NCBI GenBank assembly: GCA_048882385.1
Contig: JBHLRQ010000029.1
Coordinates: forward strand, 1 to 31,814
Length of the DNA: 31,814 bases
Source: Candidatus Thorarchaeota archaeon
GTDB taxonomy: Archaea > Asgardarchaeota > Thorarchaeia > Thorarchaeales > Thorarchaeaceae
Direction: 5' to 3'
A program made the translations under genes and the position numbers. Shown here in pieces: positions 1 through 9,121 of the stretch. Below the pieces are notes generated by a model. The model did no database searches. It worked only from the letters and a program-made list of their open reading frames with translations, and was not told the DNA's origin. The first letter of the stretch is position 1. Every line of letters starts with the position of its first letter.

Positions 1-873
1 ACAGCAGAAAGACTGTGCGGTTCATGTCTAGTACAGACCACCTTAGATAGAGTACGGAGAACTATCAATCGCCACAAGATGCTTGAGGAAGAAGATAGAA
101 TCGTTGTCGCGATATCTGGCGGTAAGGATAGTGCAGTTCTTCTTGATACCCTTCATAAAATTGAAAGAAACTTTCCTAAGTCTGAGGTCATACCTGTCAC
201 CATTGATGAGGGGATTCATGGATACAGGAATCAAGCTCTCAAGGCTGCTCGGGAGCTTGTTGGTTCTCTCGACCTCAATCTTGAGGTCTTCTCTTTTCAA
301 GAATTGATAGGTCACTCCCTAGATGAAATTGTAGAAAAACGAAATGAGAACTCCATGGGTGCTTGCTCTTACTGCGGAGTATTTCGCAGACGCGCTCTGA
401 ACATTGCTGCACAAAAGCTTGATGCTGATGTGATAGCAACCGGTCATAATCTAGATGATGAAGCTCAAACAGTCTTGATGAACATTATGCGTGGAGATAG
501 TCGAAGGATTGCTAGGACGAATGTTCCCCGTAGTAGATCCATGGATGGTCTTGTTTCTAGAATTAAACCTATGACTGAGATATCGGAGAGAGATATTGTA
601 GCTTACGCGCATCAACTTGAGCTACCTTATCATGATGTTCCATGTCCTTATGCAGAGGAGGCATATCGTAACGATTTGAGGACTTTTTTGAATGAGATGG
701 AGTACAAAAGACCTGGGACACTCTTAGCTGTTCTAAGATCGGCTGAAACCATGACTGCTGCATTTCTAGACAGTCCTTCTACTTGGAAACCAATGATTTG
801 CGAAAGATGTCAAATGCCTTCTCCGACTAAGTTATGCAAAGCATGTGAGATGCTTGAAGAGATAGGAGGATGA
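1..873 (+). CDS. tRNA 2-thiolation protein, TtuA/Ncs6 (TIGR00269-like) family; 5'-truncated by window
   Basis: PP-loop SGGKDS, CSYC, GHNLDD, CPYA and C-terminal CxxC..CxxC. The frame is open from base 1 (TAERLCGSC...), so the true start lies upstream. Confidence 0.9.
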   Translation, partial: TAERLCGSCLVQTTLDRVRRTINRHKMLEEEDRIVVAISGGKDSAVLLDTLHKIERNFPKSEVIPVTIDEGIHGYRNQALKAARELVGSLDLNLEVFSFQELIGHSLDEIVEKRNENSMGACSYCGVFRRRALNIAAQKLDADVIATGHNLDDEAQTVLMNIMRGDSRRIARTNVPRSRSMDGLVSRIKPMTEISERDIVAYAHQLELPYHDVPCPYAEEAYRNDLRTFLNEMEYKRPGTLLAVLRSAETMTAAFLDSPSTWKPMICERCQMPSPTKLCKACEMLEEIGG

Positions 874-880
874 CTCTCAA

Positions 881-1588
881 ATGGCCAAGAAGCCAGAAGT
901 GCTCCACGAACTTAGAGAAGTTCAATACAACCAAGCTCACTGGGAACATCTCAGAGCTTTGAGGAGTAGTGCTCTCGAAATCGTACAGTCAATAAAATCG
1001 ATAGGCGTAAATCCCTATGTCTATGGTTCTGTGGCTCGAGGAGATGTCAACAAGAATTCTGATATTGACATCATTGTTCTTCGTGAGGTATCGAGCTATC
1101 GGCTGGAGCTTGTTCTTGGGCAATCACTGAAACGAGAGCTCGTTCAAGCAACACCGTCAATGGTGCTCAAGGGTCATATCCACCTGCCACAGAACACCGT
1201 TGTGACTTTTCCTCTCTTCAAAATGATGCCACGAGAGGAGGAATTCTATCGGTGGGGAGGAATAATTGATGAAATTGGGTTGGAAACCGATGTACGAGTT
1301 TCTGGTGTTGACAAGCGTCTGATTCTTATTGAACCAACAGACACTGGACATTTCGAATATGGTGTCATAGGACATGAACCTGAGATTTCCAAGAAACTCA
1401 ATGTCAGCATAGGAATTGCTAAGGAGCGTGTGAGAGTCCTTTCACGTCGTGACAATGTAGGAAGGACTGGTGTCTATCTCACAAGAACACTCCATGAGGA
1501 TGAGAGTTTCGAGGAAGTAACAAAGAAACTACAAGACAGTGATCCAGCAATTCGTCGTACAATTGAGCGTCGAGGAGGAAAGAGGTGA
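881..1588 (+). CDS. Pol-beta-type nucleotidyltransferase domain protein (COG2413-like)
   Basis: YGSVARGD..SDIDI motif, plus GVDKRL and GRTGV motifs typical of this archaeal family. Confidence 0.85.
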   Translation: MAKKPEVLHELREVQYNQAHWEHLRALRSSALEIVQSIKSIGVNPYVYGSVARGDVNKNSDIDIIVLREVSSYRLELVLGQSLKRELVQATPSMVLKGHIHLPQNTVVTFPLFKMMPREEEFYRWGGIIDEIGLETDVRVSGVDKRLILIEPTDTGHFEYGVIGHEPEISKKLNVSIGIAKERVRVLSRRDNVGRTGVYLTRTLHEDESFEEVTKKLQDSDPAIRRTIERRGGKR

Positions 1589-1592
1589 TATT

Positions 1593-2708
1593 TTGAAACG
1601 AACCATCTCAGAGCTCGAAGGTGACTCATTACTTATTGGCACTCTCCCAACTGGGTGTAGACTATGTGCAAAAGGGTCAAAGATGGTTCTATTCGTGACG
1701 GGGCTCTGCGATAGTTCATGCTACTACTGCCCCCTTTCAATGAACAAGACCGGTCAGGATGTAGTATTCGCAGATGAAATTCCTGTTTCAGATGAGAATG
1801 ATATACTCTTTGAAGCGAAAGCTATCAAGAGTGAAGGTGTTGGTATAAGCGGAGGTGACCCCCTCTGCAGGTTAGAGAGGACACTGAACTACCTCATCTT
1901 ATTGAAGAAGGAACACGGACCTGATTTTCACACACACCTCTACACAAGCCAGACTGATGTCAGTGAAGGTGATCTTCAACAGTTGAAAGATGCTGGTCTT
2001 GATGAGATACGATTCCATCCTCAGACAGACGATTGGTCTGGAATACAACGAGCTATTCGAATTGGCTTCATCGTTGGAATAGAAGTTCCCTCCATCCCCG
2101 GGAAGCAAGAGCATCTCAAGAAGCTGGCAACTCGTGCTGAGAAGATTGGAGTTTCCTTTCTAAATATCAATGAATTAGAAGCCAGTGAGACCAATTTTGG
2201 CAAGCTTGTCGGTCTCGGAATGAAACTGACCAATATGGAAAGCGCTAGTATTGAGGGAAGTCGATCTACTGCGATAGAGGTGTTAGAGTGGTCCGAAACG
2301 AACCTTCAGAAACTCTCTTTGCATTTCTGTTCCTCCAGATTCAAGGACTCTGTTCAAATGAGAAAAAGGCTCGAGCGTAGACTTGAACAAACCATACGTG
2401 AGTTTGAAGAACGTGATGATACAGACCCTTTGCTGATACTTGGCGTGGTGAGAGCACCTCATGGAAGTCAATTGTCCCTTTCTGAATTGGAATCAATATA
2501 CCAAATATTGGAAACTGAATTCAGCGTTCCTAAAAACCTCATAAATCTAGATGAAAAGCGAAAACGAATAGAGATAGCACCTTGGATACTAGAGGAAATT
2601 TCAGAGGCACTCAAAGATACTCTTACAGACATCACGGAAATTGAGATTGGGATTGCTTTTGAATATCCTACCTGGGATCGTCTCCAGACAATGTTCGATC
2701 CGTTCTGA
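1593..2708 (+). CDS. Radical SAM protein (COG2108-like)
   Basis: GCRLC and CDSSCYYC (CxxxCxxC), SGGDP, DEIRFHP. Start moved to TTG 1593, downstream of GAGGTGA. Confidence 0.85.
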   Translation: MKRTISELEGDSLLIGTLPTGCRLCAKGSKMVLFVTGLCDSSCYYCPLSMNKTGQDVVFADEIPVSDENDILFEAKAIKSEGVGISGGDPLCRLERTLNYLILLKKEHGPDFHTHLYTSQTDVSEGDLQQLKDAGLDEIRFHPQTDDWSGIQRAIRIGFIVGIEVPSIPGKQEHLKKLATRAEKIGVSFLNINELEASETNFGKLVGLGMKLTNMESASIEGSRSTAIEVLEWSETNLQKLSLHFCSSRFKDSVQMRKRLERRLEQTIREFEERDDTDPLLILGVVRAPHGSQLSLSELESIYQILETEFSVPKNLINLDEKRKRIEIAPWILEEISEALKDTLTDITEIEIGIAFEYPTWDRLQTMFDPF

Positions 2709-3797
2709 CTATTCCATGATTCTGAAACGTAATACTGCTCCTATTCCTCCGAGACGTTCCAATTGGTCTCCTGCAGGATGTTCAGTAGACACCACATGAA
2801 ACTTACCTCTAGTCTTCTCAGTGTTTCTAATTAGAGTGTCCATCCAACGACGTGTGGCATCGTTTCCTTCTCTGAGTTTCTTATCGGTGATTAGTAAGTC
2901 TTCTACAGCTCCATACTCCACTGCTTTAGAAACCTCATCATTACCATAAGCACCAAGACCGTCGTCCTTTGATATATGCTCAATCAAATCTTCGATGAGT
3001 CTGGTTTCAGTTTCTACTTTCAGTTCAGTGACAGCCTTTGCGATGACTCCTCGAAACAGAATCTCCTTTGCCCCCGGAATTCCAATAGAATTAGTACTCT
3101 CAACTACAACTGGTGGTAGGTTCTTGATTTTGGCCGCTATAAGATACTCTCTAAAATGATCTTTGACAAAGCCTGGTCCTGCAATGATAATCAATCCAAA
3201 CTCGTGTTGTTCGATTTGCGAACGAACAGCTAGGACAGTGTCTGCGAAGAACTCCCTCATCGTGGACTCGTACGATTTCTGATCTCCCCTTTTTCTGGAT
3301 ATGTTTGCACTAACTCGTACTGCTTCTCGAATCCCAAAATCTGCTGCCAAGTATAGCTCTGAGGTCCCATCCTCAATAGTCACTATGAGACACATTGGTC
3401 GTAACTGAGCCTTGGCTGCTTCTTTGAGCCTGTCCAGTAGAAATCCGGGCCAATGCTCTTTTACAATAGTCAGAGTGTCACCGGGTTCCACATTTATCGT
3501 GTGATAGGAACCTATATTGACCAAATCACCAGGCCCCTCCAGTATCTTCCCCTTTATCCGTACCCTGTTTGAAAATGTGTGGAACGAAACTTCTTCGACC
3601 TCTAGCTTCAGTGTCATTGTCTTTCTGACACTATCTTGTTTCCTACTATCTTCATCTCCAATTCTCACACGACGTGAAGTTCGTGAGATAACGACATCAG
3701 TGGGTCCGACTACATTGTATAGATGCCAAAGATCATCCAAAGTTTCGATCTTCAGCACAATCTTGCCTTCTTTAAGGACCCGTTTTACAATTTTCAA
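2709..3797 (-). CDS. pelA: mRNA surveillance protein Pelota/Dom34
   Basis: DDLWHLYN, GSYHT, AGPGFVK, YG..EV..AVEYGAV, HPAGDQL..LGGIGAVLRF. Confidence 0.95.
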   Translation of the reverse strand: MKIVKRVLKEGKIVLKIETLDDLWHLYNVVGPTDVVISRTSRRVRIGDEDSRKQDSVRKTMTLKLEVEEVSFHTFSNRVRIKGKILEGPGDLVNIGSYHTINVEPGDTLTIVKEHWPGFLLDRLKEAAKAQLRPMCLIVTIEDGTSELYLAADFGIREAVRVSANISRKRGDQKSYESTMREFFADTVLAVRSQIEQHEFGLIIIAGPGFVKDHFREYLIAAKIKNLPPVVVESTNSIGIPGAKEILFRGVIAKAVTELKVETETRLIEDLIEHISKDDGLGAYGNDEVSKAVEYGAVEDLLITDKKLREGNDATRRWMDTLIRNTEKTRGKFHVVSTEHPAGDQLERLGGIGAVLRFRIME

Positions 3798-3823
3798 AAT
3801 GTCACCACGGTCTGCTGTGTGTG

Positions 3824-5299
3824 CTAGAAGAAATAGTCTTTGCTAATTGACGACTCTGATTTCTGCTTCATGTAGTATGGATTTTCATCATTGATCCCTC
3901 TACTCAAAACATCAGCTTGTTGTACATGATCTGGCATGATGATGTCACAATCCTCCTGTACAGCCAGATCTCCTGCAATTCGCACGAGACCACCCAACTC
4001 TCGCAATCGTAAAGTAAAAGCGTCTTTTTTATTATCAAGTCGAAAAGCCATCTCTTCCGCTATTTCAAGAATAATTTTCACTGATTCCACCGTCAAATGT
4101 GGAATTCGACCATCCTCTTCCACAGTCTGTGACACAAATCTTACTATATCGTCGCTTGTCTTTGGTGTCTTTTCAATCCAAGAAGACAACATTATTTCGT
4201 ATCCATATCCTCTAATCCTAGATCGTAGAGGCGGGAGAATGTTCACTAGGTTCTCTATGTTACAAGAAGCAAACAGGATAAAATCACAAGGAACATCATC
4301 TACACGAACAGCTGCACCAGAACTTAGTGGGTTATGACCCGAAATGGAGTATACTCGGTCTTGCATAGCTGTTAGAAGATGACTCTGATAACTTCCTAGA
4401 GCAGCTATTTCATCGATATACAAAATACCTTCGTGTGCCTCATGTATAGCCCCTGGAACAACCCTCTGATGAGCTGCTAATCCGAGTGATTCAGCACTGC
4501 CATACGGATCGTGTTTCACATCTCCCAAAAGCTCAACAGGACTTGATCCACTAACCCGAACGAAACGATTTGAACAAAGTGAAACAAGTACACGTTCGTC
4601 CTTGTTTATTTCCTGATGAGAATTTTCCTGCTGTGTACCTACCCCCTTTCTAGTCAGAATAATCTCACCCTGTTCAGTACGCTCATATGTGACCTGATAG
4701 AACCTACCATTAATCTCCTCCAGGTTTGTCACTGTTCTGAGTGCGGGCTCCCTTACAACATCTAACATTCTGAATAGACCATGGTACGATTCACCTTGCG
4801 CCCAGTCAAATCGTTTCTCAGTCCCACAATTGAAGCATAAGTTTTCATCCGGTGAGGAAATACTACCGCAAGATGGACACCTGAACCCCATTTTGATAGA
4901 TACATCAAATGGAAGCCTATCAGGTGTGACATAGATAGTATCATGTATACCCATGACTTTGGCCTCTGACTTGGTATCCTCTATTGAAGGACGTCTGATT
5001 ATTACATCTGGTCTGTCTTTTTGAGAAGGATTGTATCGAAGTCGTATCTCTTCGCTTGGTGGCTTAAGTAGTGAATATGCAGCTTTTGCCAACATCGATT
5101 TTCCAATTCCGGGGACACCACATAGTAAAACATGTCTATGCTGTTTTACTGCAGAACGAACTAGAGAAACAGCGTGATCCTGCCCTATTACTCTCTGGAA
5201 TGGATCTGAAGGAGTTTCCACTTCAGCAGTTGTTTCTATTCCATCCAAGATTGATGTCACATCATAGAGCCTCGTATCTGCTCGGTATGATGAATTCAT
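3824..5299 (-). CDS. LonB-like AAA+ ATPase with Zn-ribbon insert and no protease domain
   Basis: VIGQDHA, Walker A GVPGIGKS, LLGDVKHDP, GAIHEAHEGILYIDEI (Walker B), LRSRIRGYGYE, LRELGGLVR; CPSC..CFNC insert. Confidence 0.8.
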   Translation of the reverse strand: MNSSYRADTRLYDVTSILDGIETTAEVETPSDPFQRVIGQDHAVSLVRSAVKQHRHVLLCGVPGIGKSMLAKAAYSLLKPPSEEIRLRYNPSQKDRPDVIIRRPSIEDTKSEAKVMGIHDTIYVTPDRLPFDVSIKMGFRCPSCGSISSPDENLCFNCGTEKRFDWAQGESYHGLFRMLDVVREPALRTVTNLEEINGRFYQVTYERTEQGEIILTRKGVGTQQENSHQEINKDERVLVSLCSNRFVRVSGSSPVELLGDVKHDPYGSAESLGLAAHQRVVPGAIHEAHEGILYIDEIAALGSYQSHLLTAMQDRVYSISGHNPLSSGAAVRVDDVPCDFILFASCNIENLVNILPPLRSRIRGYGYEIMLSSWIEKTPKTSDDIVRFVSQTVEEDGRIPHLTVESVKIILEIAEEMAFRLDNKKDAFTLRLRELGGLVRIAGDLAVQEDCDIIMPDHVQQADVLSRGINDENPYYMKQKSESSISKDYFF

Positions 5300-5372
5300 G
5301 AGGCGATGAGATAATTGTGAGTATTACTTATCTATTAGAAAAAAGAGGATTGTGAAGCTCCGAGGAGCCTCA

Positions 5373-6647
5373 CTAATGACCTAAATCGTCAAATGTTACA
5401 ATCTTCATTTCGTTAGGTTTACTCTCAATGTCGGCTATAGCAGCTCCGATTAAGAACTCTGTCTTTTTCTTACTTGCAATGTCAACAAGACGTTGAGTTA
5501 TTACTCCATCAAAAACAATTGCAGGAACTATATCCTGATCTTCCAGTGTCTTTGCTAGTTCAGCTACTCCACACTCTACAAGGACATTCTTTTTCTCATC
5601 AAACAAAATTGCTTTGAATGCCTCCTTTATGTCATCAATTCTCGCAACGTATGCCTCATCCACAGTTATGGGTTCTTTTCGTTGAGGCCTGCGAGTTGGT
5701 GGTGTTCGGCGGTCAACGCGTTCATCCACTCTCCTTGGCTCCCTACGAGTACGAGTGGGCTTTTTAGCAACATGTTTTTGTCTTACAGGACTTGTTTTTC
5801 TTTCCTTGACTAAGGCAAGGGCTTTTTCAGCTGGTATTTGTGTCTGAAGTGCTTTCGCCACTTCACGTCTTGTGAGGTCTTCAACTTCCTTGCCTTCAGG
5901 AGCTCTGGCAATATAGTCTACCTTTGCCACCTGCATAAGTTCTCTCAGGATAAGATCGCCACCCCTATCGCCATCAAGAAAAGCAATCACTTTCTTGCCT
6001 CTCTTTTTCGTGAGGTCTGCAATGCTTTTTGGAACGTGTGTCCCTTCCACTGCTACAGTGTTGGTAATTCCGCATTTAATCAGGTTAATGACATCAGCCC
6101 TGCCTTCAACAATGATTATTTCTTTGCTCTTGGTAATATCTGAGCCTGCGGGTAAGCCATCTGTACCAAACTTGGATACTTGGACTTTGCCTCCTTTTGT
6201 GACAGCAGTCGTAATCTCATCAGCACCTGGCGAGATATCCTCTTCCCATCCCTTGAGTATACTAATTGCCCTACTCACAACTTTTCGTCTTTTTGCACCA
6301 CGGATGTCTTCCAGCTTCTCAAGAATGACCTTTGCTGTACAGGGACCTACTCTGTCTACAGTTTCCAGAGCTGCAGCAAGTATTGCAGTGGCAGTCTTGT
6401 TTAGAGAAACTGGAATTACAATCTCTCCAGTACTTTTTCCTTTCGCTGATCTGATTGCAATCTGAATCCTTCCTATACGACCGGTTCGCTGAAGTTCACG
6501 TAAATCGAGGTCTTCTCCGAGTAATCCTTCAGTTTGGCCAAATACTGCACCAACAACATCGGGCTTGTCTACGACTCCATCAATTTCGATTTTTGCTCGT
6601 ATGACATATTTGGCTGTACTCTGGTCGAAGTCTGTTCCTATTTCTAT
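5373..6647 (-). CDS. dnaG: DnaG-type primase / exosome-associated DnaG; putative ATA start
   Basis: TOPRIM IIVEGRADV and FLDGDRGG. The conserved N-terminus (AKYVIRAKIEIDGVVDKPDVVGAVFGQTEGLLG..LDLRELQRTGRIGRI) continues in frame upstream of 6278 to a TAG at 6657-6659. Confidence 0.92.
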   Translation of the reverse strand: MEIGTDFDQSTAKYVIRAKIEIDGVVDKPDVVGAVFGQTEGLLGEDLDLRELQRTGRIGRIQIAIRSAKGKSTGEIVIPVSLNKTATAILAAALETVDRVGPCTAKVILEKLEDIRGAKRRKVVSRAISILKGWEEDISPGADEITTAVTKGGKVQVSKFGTDGLPAGSDITKSKEIIIVEGRADVINLIKCGITNTVAVEGTHVPKSIADLTKKRGKKVIAFLDGDRGGDLILRELMQVAKVDYIARAPEGKEVEDLTRREVAKALQTQIPAEKALALVKERKTSPVRQKHVAKKPTRTRREPRRVDERVDRRTPPTRRPQRKEPITVDEAYVARIDDIKEAFKAILFDEKKNVLVECGVAELAKTLEDQDIVPAIVFDGVITQRLVDIASKKKTEFLIGAAIADIESKPNEMKIVTFDDLGH

Positions 6648-6905
6648 ACACGTCTCCTATGTTCTGCTACCACGTACCCTCGCGTATAGACCGAGGTGAT
6701 GCCTACCTGCGTTTCGTCACGGACTGGCCTATGCCTCTTGACTTTGATTGGAATAAGACCTCTCTTGATGCTACTCTAATCCATGCCCGAACATATGCTA
6801 TGATAATCGTGATGATTTCGTGAATGATAATCGTCCTAAGACTTTGCGCAGTGTTCTCATCGACTCACTATTGGTCCAGAGCCGGAGCACACGTGGCGCT
6901 GTGAT

Positions 6906-7025
6906 ATGATGATATGATGATTTGCAGAGCATGTGCGGTTTCTGTCCGCCATGCTGTACACTGGAGCTGTTTCCCCAGTGTATTTGAAGATGTCGTTATC
7001 ACCATATAGACTGTGTTCTGACATC
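6906..7025 (+). ncRNA. Candidate box C/D-like sRNA
   Basis: ATGATGA at 6906 and 6914, TGAAGA near 6985, CTGA 7018-7021, terminal GATG/CATC pairing, two internal hairpins. Confidence 0.35.
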
Positions 7026-7100
7026 CTAAAGAACTACAAGAAAATGAGAAATTCGCGCCAAGTGGCAATCCTAATAACGAAAAAGATTCAGATTCTCTTG

Positions 7101-7395
7101 TTCAGGAGTATTCTGTCCCGTTCACGAGGGCGCACTGAGGTTATCCAATGAGGTGTTGCGCATAGGGCGGGTCACATCCTGAATGTATGCCTGCCAAGTA
7201 CCAATAGGATGAACCAAAACGGACTCGCTTGATAGGGATGACAGTCCTTTAGATGAACAGCGGGTCACCCCGGTTTCATACATTGGCGGGCCGGTTGATG
7301 TCAGAACGCCCGACACGAGACAGCTCAGCGGAGCCAGAGGTAATCTCTGATGCTGTGATGCTGGGAGTTAGTGTGTAGGGTAACAGACATCAGCC
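7101..7395 (+). ncRNA. Candidate three-hairpin H/ACA-like guide RNA
   Basis: Three modules, each with a closing helix, a K-turn-like GA/GA motif and ACA (7174, 7280, 7383). TATA-like TAATAA near 7072 and a T-rich tract after 7400. Confidence 0.65.
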
Positions 7396-7445
7396 ACCAT
7401 TCTTCTAGATTTCTTTTAGCCCCCAAGTTTGACAATGACTCAAAA

Positions 7446-8222
7446 CTACCTGCGCCTAATGAAAAGGACTACTGCAACCAAAGCAGTGAGAAATCCTAGG
7501 CTAACGGTTACTAAAACTAATGGAATTTCACTACTTGTTTCAATTGAGTCAAATACTTCAATATTATCAAGTGCCCAATCAACTCGCGTGTAGAATCCAA
7601 AATATTGAGTCGTAGTTATATCGGTATCAACAGCTTGGAGTATTTGGGTGCCATTGAGATAGATCGTTATTAGTCCATCAGAGGTCCTTGTGATGGCGAA
7701 CTGATGTAAAATTCCAATTGTTGTTTCTTCAGCCTCTCCAGAGTATGTATCAAGAAGTGTTACCTTGCTATCGAAATATTTCTCTATTCTATAGCTGAAA
7801 AATCTCTTTTCAGTACTTGAAGCATGCCTGAAACTAAGTGCCAAATACGAGTCAATGTCAGTTGGCACATCTGGAATCATAAAGTACACTCGAGTCATAT
7901 CATTGATCGACTTTTGTATGGGCCAGTTTCCTATCTCTTCAAGTTCTAGTTTCCATGTCCCAAAAGAGATTGTACTGTTACGATATGCTAGAATTGAATC
8001 ACCTATAGAAAGTGACAGTCTCTCTTGACGGGAGGCATTAATTTCCATTCCACGAAGGCGCCCGTCCTCAAGTCTACATGACTGTGTGTTCCATATCCCA
8101 GAATCAAGATCATCAAAAGTTTCTGACCACACAAGCACAGAACAACCCAACTGTGGAGTAGATGAGAGAATCAATAGTGCAGTCACTATGCTAAGACAGA
8201 AGACAATTTTCCTACTCATCAT
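7446..8222 (-). CDS. Secreted, C-terminally anchored protein with a beta-rich (LamG/ConA-like) domain
   Basis: N-terminal signal-like helix, WSETFDD, HQFAITR..G.ITIYLNG, DNIEV, C-terminal TM helix followed by RRR. Confidence 0.6.
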   Translation of the reverse strand: MMSRKIVFCLSIVTALLILSSTPQLGCSVLVWSETFDDLDSGIWNTQSCRLEDGRLRGMEINASRQERLSLSIGDSILAYRNSTISFGTWKLELEEIGNWPIQKSINDMTRVYFMIPDVPTDIDSYLALSFRHASSTEKRFFSYRIEKYFDSKVTLLDTYSGEAEETTIGILHQFAITRTSDGLITIYLNGTQILQAVDTDITTTQYFGFYTRVDWALDNIEVFDSIETSSEIPLVLVTVSLGFLTALVAVVLFIRRR

Positions 8223-8329
8223 CCCATCACCTCCATTGATTTACGATGAAAACCAAAAGAGCAAGACAAATTGAATAGAACGGACTTAATAAATCGAATC
8301 AACTAGACAAGAATACTGATATCATCGAG

Positions 8330-9001
8330 CTATATTTCAGTTGATTCTCCAGGTCGAAGGATGATTACATTCGTTTCTGGACTTCGTTCAGAAACAAGTG
8401 CCTTGAACTTCTCGGGGTTTGCTTCTATTACCGGAAATGTGTCATAGTGCATCGGAATGACATTTCTTGGTTTGAGAAGCTTTGTTGCTAGTGCTGCCTG
8501 GTGAATGTCCATCACAAAGTAACTACCGATAGGCAAAAGAGCGAGATCCAGAGGTGCATATAACTCTCCCAGTAACTCCATGGATGAGAATATCCCTGTG
8601 TCTCCAGCATGGTAGAACGAATTGCTCGGGAATCTGACAATGAATCCAGTTGGGGCTCCTGTACCTGCTGAATGAAATGCTTGGACAAGAGTAACAACAA
8701 CTCCTCCTATATTTACACTGCCCCCTATGTTTAGTGTGTGAATGTCCTCCACGCCCTGGTCTCCTGCCTTGTGTGCCAGCTCATTGAGTGCCACAAAGAC
8801 TGCCCCAGTCCTCTTACAGATATCCCGACCCTCAACAAATCCATGGTCAGTGTGGTCGTGAGTGATCAAAACAATGTCTGCTGTATCGACGTCGTCTATT
8901 GTGATGGGTGATGTAGGACCCGTAAGCCAGGGATCAATATATACCGTTTTTCCATCTTCTTCGATCTTAAATGATGCGTGACCTAGAAATGTGACTTTCA
9001 T
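8330..9001 (-). CDS. Metallo-beta-lactamase-fold hydrolase (UPF0173-like)
   Basis: LGHASF, IDPW, THDHTDH, YHAGDTG, IPMHYDTFP. Confidence 0.92.
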   Translation of the reverse strand: MKVTFLGHASFKIEEDGKTVYIDPWLTGPTSPITIDDVDTADIVLITHDHTDHGFVEGRDICKRTGAVFVALNELAHKAGDQGVEDIHTLNIGGSVNIGGVVVTLVQAFHSAGTGAPTGFIVRFPSNSFYHAGDTGIFSSMELLGELYAPLDLALLPIGSYFVMDIHQAALATKLLKPRNVIPMHYDTFPVIEANPEKFKALVSERSPETNVIILRPGESTEI

Positions 9002-9121
9002 TCTGTAATATCTCCTAACCTGACATCCGCTTTTCGACTTCTATCTTTTGCCCTGTACACAGATTCTGCCCAATCTGAAAGTTAATACATAATGAAGAAT
9101 CGAAACAATCAGTGATGATAC

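Noticed and set aside
881-1588. MNT-HEPN toxin-antitoxin or CBASS-type defence nucleotidyltransferase
   Set aside because: No HEPN or effector neighbour; motifs and context match a housekeeping archaeal family.
6868-7316. Short ORFs 6868-7068, 6933-7151 and 7122-7316
   Set aside because: No motifs or RBS; they overlap structured RNA candidates.
7101-7395. SRP RNA or RNase P RNA, given the ~300-nt size
   Set aside because: No SRP helix-8 CAGG..GGAA..AGCA motif and no RNase P GAGGAAAGTCC motif on either strand.
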